Notes under the pieces: generated by a model | What the model was told of the DNA's origin: nothing | The model's database searches: none | The model's input: only the letters and a program-made list of their open reading frames with translations | Part shown: positions 49,501 through 62,866 of the stretch, in pieces | Numbering within the stretch: the first letter of the stretch is position 1 | How the letters are laid out: each line of letters opens with the position of its first letter | Position numbers and translations under genes: made by a program | Assembly (NCBI RefSeq): GCF_964204865.1 | Contig: NC_135262.1 | Coordinates: 3,534,001-3,598,000 of the forward strand | Length of the DNA stretch: 64,000 nucleotides | Direction: 5' to 3' | Source: Styela clava | Taxonomy: Eukaryota

Positions 49501-52500
49501 CGAAGGGTCTCAAAATATACGACTGAAACTGAATCGTATTTCAACAATGTGTCGAACTAGGAAAGTAGGCAATGCATTATTTAGATTTTTAAATTAAGTA
49601 ACCCGATTCGTTTCCGATTGCAACATTAAAATTGATCACGACCAATTTTTTTTGAGTTAAATGTAATCCCAACCTAAATTTGGCCTGAAAGTCCCCGTAA
49701 TGTACATATACCTGTAATTCGAAAGTTTCTGAAGATCGCTCTCTCGGAGGTCAAAAGGTAGATTACGAATGTTTATCTTATATGTACATTGAATAAATTT
49801 AACAAAACTTTGTTATTTCTGACTTTGGAATAATATTATTTTAAAATAATAAATAGAATACTCCATTAATCATTTTGGTCACGAGGCTATTCAGGGTAAA
49901 CTGAAGAGTGAAACAATTTAAATAAAGTTTTGTTTTGTTTCCGCGATCACCACAGCCACGGGCGTAGCTAGTAATTTTCGGAAGAGGGGGATTCTGAAAT
50001 TTCTAATTGCCATGATAGACTGTAGCACAGACATTGACAAAGTACTGCTCGCGGGGCAAATCCGACCCGCTGGGTAATTTAATCTGGCCCGTATGATGCT
50101 GCCACAACCAAACTGAAATCAAATTTTGATGTTTTAGCTAAAATAGCTCAAGAAATTTGTTGAGATTGCGGTTAAATTTAGTTTTGGCGCAAGGCCAATT
50201 GTATTCTACCTTTGCTTTTTAACACTGTAAATATTGTTCATAAAATGTTTTACGTAACACTTTCATGGCCCGCCAGTCTAAGTGGGCAAAAATTTTGGCC
50301 CCTGGTTCAAAAACCTTGCCCACCCCTGCCGTAGTAGCTAGTGAATCCATCGAAGTTTTGGTAGAAAATTGTAGTCGGAAATCTTTCCGTTTCTACATTG
50401 TCCACTCAATTTATTACCGTGATCATTTTGGATAAACTCTAAATATTTACCCATATGGCTCCAAGATAGTCGGAGGCGTACCGGTCTAACTAAGTGAACG
50501 ATTCCCAACAGGGGAGTAACTTTCCCGAGGAGCAGGAATGAGGAGTTTCGGGAATAAAATGAGTAAAGAGGCGAACGGGGGAATTTAACGGAAAAGGTTG
50601 GGAACCACCGAACCAATTGGTCACGATTATATCATTGCTTACTTGATAAAATATTTAAATACAGCAAGGAATAAATTCGAATTAATTTATGGGATGGAAT
50701 ATTGTATTAACATGAAGGCAGAAGAATACCGAATATAATCGTTGTATTGGAAAAATCGTCAAGTTCCTAGTTCTTCTGAGAAATGTTTTGCCATTACATC
50801 ACGTTTCCGCATTACGTAATCTTAATCAACAGTAAATTACATCATACATAATGTTTGAAAAAACAAATTAATTATTTCCCTGCGTTTGTAAACTTACACA
50901 AAATTAAAATAAATGAAAAGTTCCCTCTGTTTAACCCTTCAAAACATTGATTAATAATGACGATACAACTTTTAATTACATATGAAATTATATTATATTT
51001 TAAAAGCGGATGTTTGAAAAATGAAATGAGCAATTAGGTACACTTTGTGCTCTATAAATGTCACCTGTTTTAGTAGAGTTATTTTCATTATTATAGGTGC
51101 TATATCATGGTGCGATTTCCTCGGTTTTCACATAATTATTGCTAATTGCATTGTTTTATATAAGAATCCTACTCATTCGGATCATAATTACACAATTTTC
51201 TTATTATATTACATGAGAAAGTTTGATAACGATGGTGATAATTAAAAAAGCTCAAATTTTGATAGCACACATCAGATTTGTGGGAAATAAAAGCTTAAAC
51301 ATATACCTGTTTATTGAATAGCATGAACATTCTGACCAACTTAATTAAGAATGAGGCAAATGAAAAACAAAAAAAGTGGAAAATTAGGAATTTTCAAAGT
51401 CATAGCACAAGAAGTCGATTCCATAAAATAAAAATTTGACTCAACATTTTCCGAAAGCTATCATGATTTTTGATTCAATTTATGGCCTAACCCTAACCTG
51501 GTATACATACTACGTTCCGGTGTCCGCCATCTTGGTTCATAATCATATATTTCGGGAGTAGGCTACCAAATATTTTATAGAACATAAAGTGTACATTCGT
51601 GATATTGTTGTTGTAAAAAAAAATCGCTTTTCTCCGAAAGTGATTGATCAAAGTGAATTCAATTTACCATTATTTAAACTCAGTATAATTCTCTAATAGT
51701 ATTTGATTCAAGAGTCTTCCTGCACATTAATGTATTTCTGTAACGTCCGCTGTCATGTGTAACCACAACTGATAGTTGTAAATTGTTGTTATGAATAATT
51801 TCAATTCTTCATTTAATATTCTTATCGTTTTATTTTTCTTTTCTTTTTATTTCTGAGTAATAAATGTACCAGTGAAATATTAGCGCCTATGTTGTTCTAT
51901 TAGTTCACAAAAATGATTAATTTCGCGTGCTTTGAGTTCAAAAACAAAAAACACATTGCATCACAGTACAGAAACTACTTTAAGTCGAGTGTGCATGGAG
52001 CACCAAAACTTTATTTTTTATCTTTGAGTTATCGATCCAACAAACTTGGTTGAGGAAATTAGAAATAATTATGATGTCACATAGGAAATTTTTTTGAAAC
52101 GCTTGGGGCTAATTGACGTTAAAACAAGAGACGACTAATAAAAAAAAAATATGTATAAATTTCATTGTTTTACAAAATTTTATCATCAAAATATATTCAT
52201 GCCAGATTGCACAAAAATTGAATATACAAATAACTTGTACTGCTTAGTAAGCATTGTCCTTAAAAGATCTTGAATTCAGGAAACGCACTCTAAAATACAA
52301 AAAAAAATTACCACTTGGAGGAAATTGTTTATTGTTTTTTTTATACAACGACTAAACTACGATTCAGCATCGGAATGAATTGACACAGAAAATCAGTGTT
52401 GTTTAAGTCTATTGTGAGTCCTGTTTATACCAACACATTTTCACAAAACCAGCACACTATTCCTAATAAGGAACTGAATGAATATTGAGATATATTACTT

Positions 52501-55500
52501 TTGAAGAATTCCAAAATCAGCAACATTGAACGTGATGACAGATAGAATACGTGAATACTATTTAAAAAATTCGCAACTGAAAAAAAACAGAGAAAACAAG
52601 ATTCCCATTTAAAGATAAAACAAAAGCATTTGAGCGTCGTTTAATTTGGCAAGGTAAATCCTAACACAAAAATGATAAATTTTCAGGAATACACTCAGCG
52701 CTTCAAAAGTGTGTGTACCAATATGGAGGTAACTATAATTTTATTCGCCTACTTCACATCAAGTTGTGTAAAGGAAATGAAACCTATGGGTAGGGGATAC
52801 ATTCACTTGGCTAACACAGACAGTCCCCGAACTCGTAATAGAACCAAAATAAGAAAAATCGGAATATAATTATGCCCTAACCCTAACCTGGTACAAATAC
52901 TACGGAGTACCTTAAAATTAGCTACGTTGAGGATGTTCATAGACAGAACACTCAGAAATGATAATTTTCTAGTAAAAAATTCCTTCTGGGAACTTGAGCT
53001 AATGTGGTAACAGTTTAACAACTTCAATCATCGCCCGAAACCTACCGGGGTCATTAACTTTATCTCAAAGTCAGAATGTTATTCACGCATCATTTACTGC
53101 GTATGATAATGATGACAAAACAACGATACATCATAGTTTACACTCAAAATAAGAAAAATATTGAGAAACTGCGATTCTTAAGTGTTCGTTTATTTTTGTG
53201 GTTGTGTGTTTTTTAATAAAGTGTGCGATGAAATATATTAAAAAAAGTGGGAAAAAGGTTAAATTCTTGTTCCCGCTATTTTGTGAACTCGTTTATATAT
53301 TATATATAGCTATATGAGTTCTCTATTTTTCAAGCATTTCGAGAAAATCCAATTCTTCTTACGAAATAACTTTTTTGTGGCTCTAGGTAACAATGTGTCA
53401 GTGCGGGTAACGTCTGGTAGTAAATTGTGAACGTACGATTTAACACCGAAGTGGGCAAGCTTTTTAGACCAGGGGCAAAAAAATTTGCTCACTTGGACTG
53501 ACGTGCCATGTGAGTGTGACATAAAAAGTTACATTTTATGAACAATATTCACAGTGTTACAAAATCAAAAGTGGAAAACAATAAGCCTAATGTCAAATCT
53601 AAATTTAATCGCAATCTCAGCAAATTCCTTCAGCTATGAACACGGGTTTGCACAATCAGCCAACAGATATCATGTATTGGAAAGACAAGAGTCCTCTTAA
53701 TTACTGAAGCCGTATCTGGATTTTGAACCATAAGTGTGAGTTTTGTAAAATATGGGATAAAGAACAAAGCCCTATTTTTATGATAATCGTAATAACAGTA
53801 TCGCGGTTAAAATTCGTAGTATTTCGCAAAGCGTGCCACTAGAATAAGGAACACACTTCTTAAATAATTCTGACCTAAAAGTTCTTGTTGTTTTTTCAAA
53901 AAGATAAAACAGTAAGACGTCACTGCGGTATTTCCATTCCAAAAACAAATATCTAGTATTAAAATAAGTGGCATTTTTATTTTTAAGCGGTGTATTTATG
54001 CAAAATTTGCTACTTCCGATATTAATTTTGATCCGTATACATCACTTCATATCGATGTCGTGTAGACACAAAGAAGATGTAAGTGAAATTATACACTTAT
54101 TCAAAAATTTCAGTATTTTTTTCGTAATTCCTAACAGCGTTCGGAAGCGGGATCTTGACAAACACCTGATGACGTTCGATGAATCATTCGGATCGCATTT
54201 CATAGTTTCGCTTAATAGTAACATGAATAACATTATTTCGGAGTTATGATAGTTATAAATGAGATTATATTCCCCATTTTTCGTCCAATAAAGAAACTCA
54301 ATAGAGTATTTTTTGTTTGATTTGCTTTTGAATAAAGTGAAATAATAGTGTATCCTAGAGAAGGGTTTCTCAATCTGGGGTCCGTGCACCCCCGTGGACC
54401 CGTGATGACTGCACAGAGGGTTCGAAACAATATGGTTTAATGATATGATTAAATAAAGTACATTTGTTTAATTTGTTTTTGAATAAATTGAAACAACGGT
54501 GTATCTTACAGTTTACAAAACTGGGGTTCGTGAACCACTGGGTGTCCATGATGACTGCACAGGGGGTTTGTGATGATATGAAGAGAGTCCAATCGATCTT
54601 TAACGATTGATTTTAATCAAAAAGTCATCTTATTGGTTGAGCGTTCGATGGTTCAATTTTCTGAGTGGAATTCTCAACACGAGAAATAATACTCCCGCAC
54701 AGTATTGACAACTGACTTTTTTTTGTAATGAGATTTAGTCAAAACTACAATAGATGGAATCAATCTTTTATTCGGATATTATTTATTGTTTGTTTGAGAC
54801 ACAATCCCTGAATGTTTGAAAACATCACAAATTTTATCGGTAGCGATGAATAACTACATTCCTCAAATTCCAATGGATTTACAACTATACAAATAAATAT
54901 TCCTAAGAACATTACTTATATTTACTGTATATGAGACGTTCAATATTTAATATTTAAGGAATTGAGATACATTTCTTTCTGTTTTTCTATGACAACAAGC
55001 TAACTGAAACAAACAACTAAAAATAACTGGTCACGACAGCGACAATAATATATATTTTGTGCATGGTGATTTACAATTACCGTACAACTTTACAAATAAA
55101 TTTTACTAAAAACATGTTTTATATGCATGATCCATTATTGTTATGAAAATCGCCCAATCTCCAATATTCAGAGGGTTGAGATGTATTCACTTCTTAGTTT
55201 TTTTTTATGATAATAACCATTAAAAATAATCCTTCATGAAAACGATAAAAATATTATATTTTTTGCATGCTAAAAAAACGATAATAAAATGAAATCAATT
55301 CAGACAACTTTTAACTCTGACCGGACTCGAGATACCGGATATCCGATTTCATATTGTATTGACTCACAAAACTGAAAGAAGTTTTGTCTTGCCATCTTTG
55401 TATATCAAACATTGTTAATTCAGTAACGCGCGTTCAAGTGGTTCTAACACTTCGACAAAAACACCAAATAGCGTCATAAATCCGTGTTAACCTCTAGTTG

Positions 55501-58500
55501 GGTGGGTGGATTGTTGTTATAAAGGCGTCTACGTGAAAGATTCATAATGCGTAAAGTAAATGCGTAAAGTAAAGACTGCTGGAATGATCAGAATAGCAGC
55601 ATATAGTTCCGATTTGTGTTTGACATATTTTCCTCCGAACGGAAGAGATATCCAATAGAAGTAAAACGCAGCTGACGTACTATTTTAGATCGAAGCTCGA
55701 AGTACATTATAATTGAACAATCATCATTAAAATGTGGCAAATTATATACATATAGTAACAATAAGTCTTTGACATATTGTTTCCACAAAGCGAATGTGTA
55801 TGGTAATACTGTCAAGCAAAATTTCAATTTATTACTTACTGAATATTTACTTACGTGTATAGCGTGACGAATATTCCAAATTTTAATTTTTTTATTTGAT
55901 AAGCCAATAACTGGTTCAAATATTTCTATATTTGTGCCGAGAATGCATGAATACAATTGAATAACAATTAAAGTGATTTTCGGTGTGTTTAAAACCCATT
56001 TCTAAAATTCATCATATTACTATGATAATCAATTTTTGTACTTGTGAACTTTGTAATAGTATTTCTATTTATTTATTAATTTATTTTGCAAAACGAATAA
56101 AATAGATATTTTTTCTCTATACTCAGTATTCAATGCCAAGATGTCAATGGTAATAAACTGTAAGCCCATAAGCTAACAGAATACAAATCCATAACACAAG
56201 TACCGATATAGGATAATTTGTAACATTCCAATATGACAAGATATAATTTAGAACAGTGTATTCAACATCTGTAAACGAACTGTAAGTTCATAAGCTCACA
56301 AGAATACAAATTCATGACACGGAGAAATATATAGTAATTTGTAATCTTCTAATATGACAAGAAAAAAATACAGATTTTTAAAATAATCTACAATAGTATA
56401 TACAACATCTGTTTCTTTTCATCATAGACTAATACATCTCTATCAATCTCACTATGTTAACTAAACTTCAACTTTTAACCCAAGCGCCTGAGGAGGCCAA
56501 GCCCAGACAGATTAGCTTTATCTTATCAGGGTTATGTTACCGAAGTATAAACAGTTTGGACAGCAAAGCAGTATTGTAAGCTGTATTATACATGCCCGGA
56601 TCATATGTAAGGTGATAAGCTTTTTGTCTGTAAATTTGTACAAAAATATTGGTTGGATTTGAAGAACTTGTATTATTTTAGTCGTCAAAATGATTGCGTT
56701 AACGTTGCAAAAGCATCAAAAGTTTAACAGCTATTCGTCTGTGGATAAGCACAAAAAATATCGGATGAATGCAAAAAAATTCAATTTTCTTTTGAGTTGT
56801 CAAAATGATTGGTTGAGTATTTTAAGTTGGTGACTTTTTCAAGAAATTAGTTGACCTTGAATCGACCTCTACTGAACGATATTTGCTTCAATCAACGAGG
56901 TCAAATACAGGAATGCGGACCAATGTAAATCAACAAATCGACCAGACTTAAAATCACAAATTGTCGTTGCCAAAGACATTTTATGCAAGACTCATCAGCG
57001 ACAAAACGACATAAGTTTTTCATGTACAAATCGAGGTTCAAACGGCCGCTGCTATACTACCTTGTTGAGCCACGAACCCAATGGCCTCCATAAAAAATTG
57101 GTTTGGTATTATACAAAGCTTAAGGATTTTCGTGGATAAGACGAGTTCGGATGCATCAAATTAGACAAAATTCGCGATCAAATCATTATTATTATTATTG
57201 AATGATTTACCTGAACATTAGGGCAAATTTTCTGAATTTTTTACAATAATACTCTCAACGGCCAGTCTGTGAAGGTGTCAAGTTACCCGAGACAAACGAC
57301 ATAAGCTATTATGATATTATTACAACATAATGACCCAGTCCCCTAATTTGGGCGGATTTTGAGATAACTTTGCCAAAGTGCCAATTTCAAGCGTCTAAAG
57401 CATTTTAATCTGACCTTATCGATGGACTATCGAATACCACAAAAATTTGGGCGTTAAATATGATAGTTCCTATTAAGCTCGAGTTTTGAACTAATTTTAT
57501 TGGTCGATTCAAAAATCTGAACTTTGATATTCTTGATGTTTCTGAAAAACCTAATGAGCATATTAAATTTTGTTCGGTAACAATTGAGAATGGCCAATGA
57601 ATGTGACCCTTTAGCTTAAAACTTAGATTAGGATATTGGGATTGCATTAATCCTTATTCGAAGCAATGGATATTACGTCATACTACGTACGAGTCTTGCT
57701 CGAAACGTGAAGGAACTTATAAAACTCAAGATTAGAAATGGATAACTTTCAAGGTTTGAATTTGTAATGAATAGCACTTTAGTCATAGGGCTGTACTAAA
57801 CATTCAAAATGAATTGGGGTATCTGATGTACGTTTTTGTACAAAGAATGAGACACATTTTATCCAAAATACTCAAGGTATTGAACTCATTAAAATTCTGC
57901 TTGACTTCTGCTTGACACTGGGAATACCTCAGTATTCAAGATGGCTACAACTCCCTGCTTATTTCTTAGGCCAAGGTTGAACATGGATCCGCTCAACATT
58001 GGATTCCAGTAATCGGTTCAACAGTATGAATTGTAGTGAAATGGGAATCAATTCATTGAAATGCTTAGCAGTGTTCTTAAATGCTAGAAGAGCTTACAGG
58101 CGTAACGCTGAGCTAACACTTGGAAAAATCTTGAGAAATCTCAAGTTAAAAATTCACAGGTACAAGTAGAAACTGGTTCTCGAGGAGGTTACCAGTTATA
58201 GTAAATAGGCCATTTAAGAGGAATGGCCTTGCATAAATTGGCGATGGAAAATTGTACTTGTAAAATAAAGTGTTTTAAATGAAATGACTTGCAGTTTGGT
58301 GTAAGTAAGTAAAAAAAATGGAAAATTACTGAAATATCTGAGTAATTATGGTATATTATGTGAGTAATGGCATTTTTAGTAAAATTAGATGCGCGTTAGA
58401 AAGATTACTGTATTCTTTACTCGCGATATATTGGCTTAAACTTATTACAGCTTTATTGGAGATAATGTTATGTCTATAGAAGGATTTACATATACGAGAT

Positions 58501-60430
58501 TAATTAACTATATTTTTGGCAGCGTGAGATCAATTGTGACAGGGTATTGAAAGTTTCCTGACGTTTCAAAGACCAATGACGCAGAAAGTATAAGTGCCGG
58601 GTGGGACGGGAACCAATTAGCAAACGTGACCCTTGTTGACTGCTGATTGCGAAATAAAATTACTATGATCAAGATCCCATGACTTAAAGTTAAGACAGAA
58701 AAGTTTATTCGAAAAAAGTTGAGTCGGATCATAAGTGATTTTGAAGAGATCTTGTTCCTCCGTGAGATGGGTGATTTTAAAAACAAAAATGAATTTAATA
58801 CATTTAGTCTCATATCTACGAGTATGAAAGTAAGCCATTATTTTAGTAAATGTGAATTCTATGACAAATAGAAAAACCATACCATGGGCTACAGAAGCAT
58901 TCTGAATGATCTACCCAAAATAGCATGGTTAAGTCATTTGTTTTTCTCGTTATCCGTGGGATGGATAACTTTTTGTTGAATGATCATTTGATTATGTTAC
59001 GTCCACTCCCATATCTATGTGTCTATAACGTTAGTTTAACTAGTATTTCAGATAACTTCAATTTTATGACATTTTGCAAAATTTTCAAAATTCTGACGAG
59101 ATACTGACATTAGTACAGTTGTTATCTTAATTTCAAAGTATACCCTTGTTTGACGCGTGAGTCAATTTTTTTTATCATCAATTTTCAAACTAAATAGTTT
59201 ACAATTATAGAAAAACCTGAAAATATCCCATCGTCTTCAGATACTTTCTTTCACCTTCTTAGTAAACACTTGCTTTCAGTCATCTTAGTCATAACAACTT
59301 AAATAAATTACAAGCAACTAGGCAGGCACCAAGTAAGTTAGATGTATAAAAAATAATTCTAACTCATCGTTTAAAACACTCTGGCGAATCTTAGATCAAG
59401 TAATCATTTGACGAGGTAAATTGAGGGTGACAAATAAACTAGCCAGCACTCGTCATTCGTTGAAGAATTTATTATTTTGATTCGTCATAATCTGAATCAC
59501 AGGCAATTACATTGAACTTGCTGATGTAATGTATTATCGAGATGTTATTGTGAACAATAGTATATCAATCAGGACATGGCCAGGATTTTCCGAACGGGGT
59601 CTCTAAAATTACCAAGTCAGACCGTATCAGCTAACGGACCCGGTCGGAGGCCGTGGGTTTTTTAAGGATCTTAGGAGAAAGCGTTTCAAGATACAAGCTA
59701 AGATATATTGCTATGTATTATTTAGAAGAATGCTCTTTTTTACATTTTAAGAAGGGATTCCGACCCTTGACCCCCTTGGCTACGTTCCTGTAGCCATACA
59801 AGTTGGTGTTGGAGTTTGGGAATTTCGCGCGGTCTTCCTGTGATGTTTCAGCAAGTTAAAAAAAAATTATATATTGTAAATTATATTCAGTTGCAAACGA
59901 CATAAAATCAAATCACATTTATCACACCATTGCTTCACGAATTAAACGTACTGTTTGTAAAAGTTACAAGTCTGTTTAAGTCCAATCCGTCTATCTAAAA
60001 CTTGCTGGCCAAAACAGCGCCGATGCGAAAGACAAATTCGAAAAATACCCTAGAACAGGGGTTCTCAAACTTTCGGGATTACTGTGTCCATGCAGAGGTT
60101 TACTAGTATTTTTAAAAATGAAAACAAAAGACATATTGCTGCTTTGTATTTAACAAATTGCGGTTCAATTGAAGTCATTGTCAAATTTTATTTTATTTTT
60201 TGGACAGTTACAAAATTAGCCAAGTCAGTATTTTAATAGTTCGCGACGGGAAAATATGCCCTTATGAAATACCTTTCCACAACTTTCAGATACTATTAAA
60301 AAAAGTATTGAAAAAGTTGTACTCACTCAGGATTAACGTCAGAATTCATCTGAATCTCATGGGTCGTTCTTTTCTGTGCCAATGCAGAGGCAGCAACGAA
60401 CAAAGTCACCAAGAAAAGTAAAGTATTCAT
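34423..60430 (-). CDS. EFNA: Ephrin-A-like (predicted GPI-anchored ephrin), 5 exons: 60327-60430, 37358-37515, 35867-35995, 34943-35164, 34423-34529; 239 aa
   Basis: 104+158+129+222+107=720 nt in frame. Signal peptide MNTLLFLVTLFVAASALA; ephrin motifs FMDIICPQY, FYLYQV..YDVC, LSCDSP..TIKFQKISPYPIGFTFQEGKTYYYI, C..LIRLEVKV; Thr-rich stalk; C-terminal hydrophobic tail with no cytoplasmic domain (GGGNAALRVHYVTLMTSLLALLTLYINM*). Confidence 0.87.
34943..35164 (-). CDS. EFNA: Ephrin exon 4 (end of receptor-binding domain + Thr-rich stalk)
   Basis: GVPKGYDHKKKHHNHPCNNLIRLEVKV...STTLRTTTTVKTTTLSRVLTTRKS; ttacag / gtaagt. Confidence 0.88.
35867..35995 (-). CDS. EFNA: Ephrin exon 3 (G-H loop region)
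   Basis: AKKNPILSCDSPVCPTKLTIKFQKISPYPIGFTFQEGKTYYYI; ttcag / gtaagt. Confidence 0.93.
37358..37515 (-). CDS. EFNA: Ephrin exon 2
   Basis: LYRKVIKLEAHIDEFMDIICPQYPEGKAEDEMELFYLYQVTDKKAYDVCAIE; gtttcag acceptor, gtgaga donor. Confidence 0.92.
42145..42311. mobile_element. hAT-type MITE with perfect 8-bp TSD CATATACA
   Basis: TIR cagtagtgggattca...tgaatctcaccactg; catataca on both flanks. Confidence 0.85.
46843..47047. mobile_element. Small TA-flanked MITE; related sequence in gene B introns (21170-21340, 21583-21750)
   Basis: tagggtgttcataaa...tttatggacccta; core aagggaatttatcgata..ttgttt..gtcccca..atgta..aaatgaa..aaaaatactt. Confidence 0.6.
52696..52912 (+). mobile_element. Related MITE subfamily (gtgtgtaccaatatggaggtaac...ctaaccctaacctggtac); copies about 8034-8220, 22147-22350, 23964-24120(-), 24268-24475(-), 30983-31178, 48555-48742(-), 61603-61780
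   Basis: Shared internal block cacttggctaacacagacagtccccgaactcgtaatagaactaaaataagg, and a right end shared with the CAAGATGGCG family. Confidence 0.8.
56150..58100 (-). mobile_element. Highly decayed LINE (CR1/L2-like RT) fragment, sense to the ephrin gene, in intron 1
   Basis: Degenerate RT-like motifs in expected order on the minus strand: GF.. (about 57550), VFDS (about 57435), QQGSI (about 57060), VVL-ADE (about 57000); 3' region holds two ~125 bp tandem units (56155-56410). Many frameshifts. Confidence 0.45.
60327..60430 (-). CDS. EFNA: Ephrin exon 1 (signal peptide + HEIQMNSDVNP)
   Basis: ATG 60430, typical signal peptide, phase-2 donor gtgagt matching the phase-2 acceptor of exon 2 (GA|G = Glu). 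The segment corresponds to ephrin HxVYWNxSNP. Confidence 0.8.
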
Positions 60431-60649
60431 TTTCTTCCTTTTCCGATAATTGAATATATCCAAAATTTAAATGTCGATACTATTCGCAACAGGAAAATTG
60501 TTAAATCCAATCTATTGTAGATAGACTAGCTGATTAAAAGTAGGGATAGTGATTAGTATGATTGGCATGTATTGTTTCCCAACAATCGATCATATACAAT
60601 TAGGAATAAGAATCAACTAACTAAAGTTGAAGATTTGTAATGTGTGAGT

Positions 60650-60745
60650 CCTCTCTTGATCCCTCTTACTCTCTTCTTGCTCTCTCCTCTTCTCTCTCTT
60701 TTTCTCTTTTACTCTCACGTTCTCTATGTTTGTTTTTGTGTTTTC
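60650..60745. repeat. CT/GA-rich low-complexity tract in ephrin 5'UTR/promoter region
   Basis: ctctcttgatccctcttactctcttcttgctctctcctcttctctctctttttctc, 220-310 bp upstream of the ATG. Confidence 0.7.
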
Positions 60746-62679
60746 AATTTGATTGATGTCAACACAGTGCTGAAGTAATTGCGACAATTTCTCAAAAGGA
60801 CAAAATTTACGACTTTTTCTTCACATTTATCAAAATTGAATTTAATTGTTTAATACCCCGCTAACTGAAGACTCACTCTATCAGTATTACGATTCAATTT
60901 TTTGTAGACCTGTATTGAAAAACACTTTATATTAATCTGTATCTAAACCTAGCTAATTCTCTATATTGGCAGCATCGCCATAACACAGTCGGTACAAACA
61001 CCGGTACACTTTGTAGTACTCTATGACCGCGAGTACAATTTAATCTGGAAGTATTTACTACACAAATTACTAGAATAGAAACCCACAAATCGGCACGAGG
61101 TTTCGTTGTAAAAATAACCAATAAAAAATTCAATTTCAGTCGGCAATAAAGTTTGAATGTTCAACACTACGTTTCCAGCCGTGGAACTAAGATACACCTA
61201 AACTATTACACCTGGATCAAGCTTGTAATATATTAAATAAATAAGATCATTAACTTAACTAAACGACCATTCTGAATAAACTTTGCAGTGACGTTGCATC
61301 TTTGTTGTAAAGTTAACAATCTAATGAGAAAGGTTTTTGCGTTGTGCCAACAGAATAAACTTCAACTTGCAAGTTGAGGCCTCAAAATTTTATGGATGTT
61401 CAGCAAATCACACGTATATCAAAGATCAGGGGATAATATATAAGATAATTCATTAAAATTCAATTTAAAATTAAATACGTTAATGGCGGCCAAATTATGC
61501 AAAATCGTATTTTAATATTTTTGTATATTCCAATATATATAGTATAAATACCAAATGTTGCCTAAACAAAAAATTTCCGTTTTATTTTTCAAATACTTTT
61601 ACCGGCGCTCCAGAAGTTTGTGTACTAATATGGAGGTCACTAATTTTGTTCGCCTAATTTACATCAAGTTGTGCAAAGAGGGGACGAAGGATATTCACTT
61701 GGCTAACACAGACAGTCCCCGAACTTGTAATTAAACTAAAAAAAGGAAAATTGGAATGAAATTACGTTCTAACCCTAACTGCTTTTTTAGGGCCTTGGTT
61801 TAAATAAAGACACGTAAAGCGCTTGATCAGATTTAACTGAGAAGTAAAATCTCCATCACCAAGTAGAAATGATCGCACTAGCTGTGATAGTTAGTAAACT
61901 TTATCTCTATATATAAGAGCCATAGATCCATTCCTACTTTTACCTATTTCAGCTTTTGGTTATACTTTGCGGCTTCGTATAAAAATATAGCCTGGTTTTC
62001 TATTTTTTGTATTTAAAGTTTGGCTTGGGTTTAGATTTGTAATTCTGCCATCTCCGACGTATTCAAATCATATAGTCACATGAAAACTAATCTGAATGAA
62101 AGTTTTTCGTCTAACTGAGCCCATCACAAGCGCGTTTAACACACAAATTAAGACGCACTTCTTAGTAATGTGCCTGTAGGTTCAATGAGTTATAGCATAT
62201 TTACATTGCGTTATCGTAGATTTGTTTAGACCCCCGCGGCCAGTTAGTCCGTTCATATTGAGTGTTTACAGACAAACACGAATTCTTGCGTTTTTTTTCT
62301 TGAAAAAAATATCTTAGTTGTTTCAAGCATGGACTGGCAAAACACTTTTCTTGCTATACAATAACCAATCTTATTAATTCATATTTACTTTTCAGGAAAA
62401 TAAAATTTCCATACTTCGCAGAACCTTATCTTAATCCGACATAAGTGTTAAACTGACATATTGCAGACAGGGCGTGTAAAAAACACGTTCCGAATCGTGA
62501 TTAGTATATAATTATAAACAACACTTTGTGATAAATTACGGTGATTTTGTCCAAAAAATTGAGGGCGGATTTTCATATGACCCTTATTATATAAAACGTT
62601 TTACTTGTTCGCACTGAAGCAGGCGCTGGACGAGCGTTTCATTGGAAAATAGGAGATACTGAGCTTGATATGATCGGAT

Positions 62680-62866
62680 AGGATATAATTTACATATTTA
62701 TCCCGGGGGAGGAAGCCGTAACCGACCAACAATTACGTGAACCACCCTACAGCGAGGAGTCCAGCAATCCTCTTGTACTTAATCATCTACGCATGGGATT
62801 CGAACCTGCCCAGGCAGGGTAATCAGAGGTGCGGTGGCAAGCGTATTCCTAACGCTCAGCACGACG
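62680..62866 (-). mobile_element. tRNA-derived SINE copy (internally deleted)
   Basis: Reverse strand ctctgattaccctgcctgggcaggttcgaatcccatgcg matches 5885-5920. Confidence 0.7.

Noticed and set aside
53650-53690. DIMYWKD as ephrin exon 1
   Set aside because: Wrong strand relative to the ephrin exons; the better candidate is at 60327-60430.
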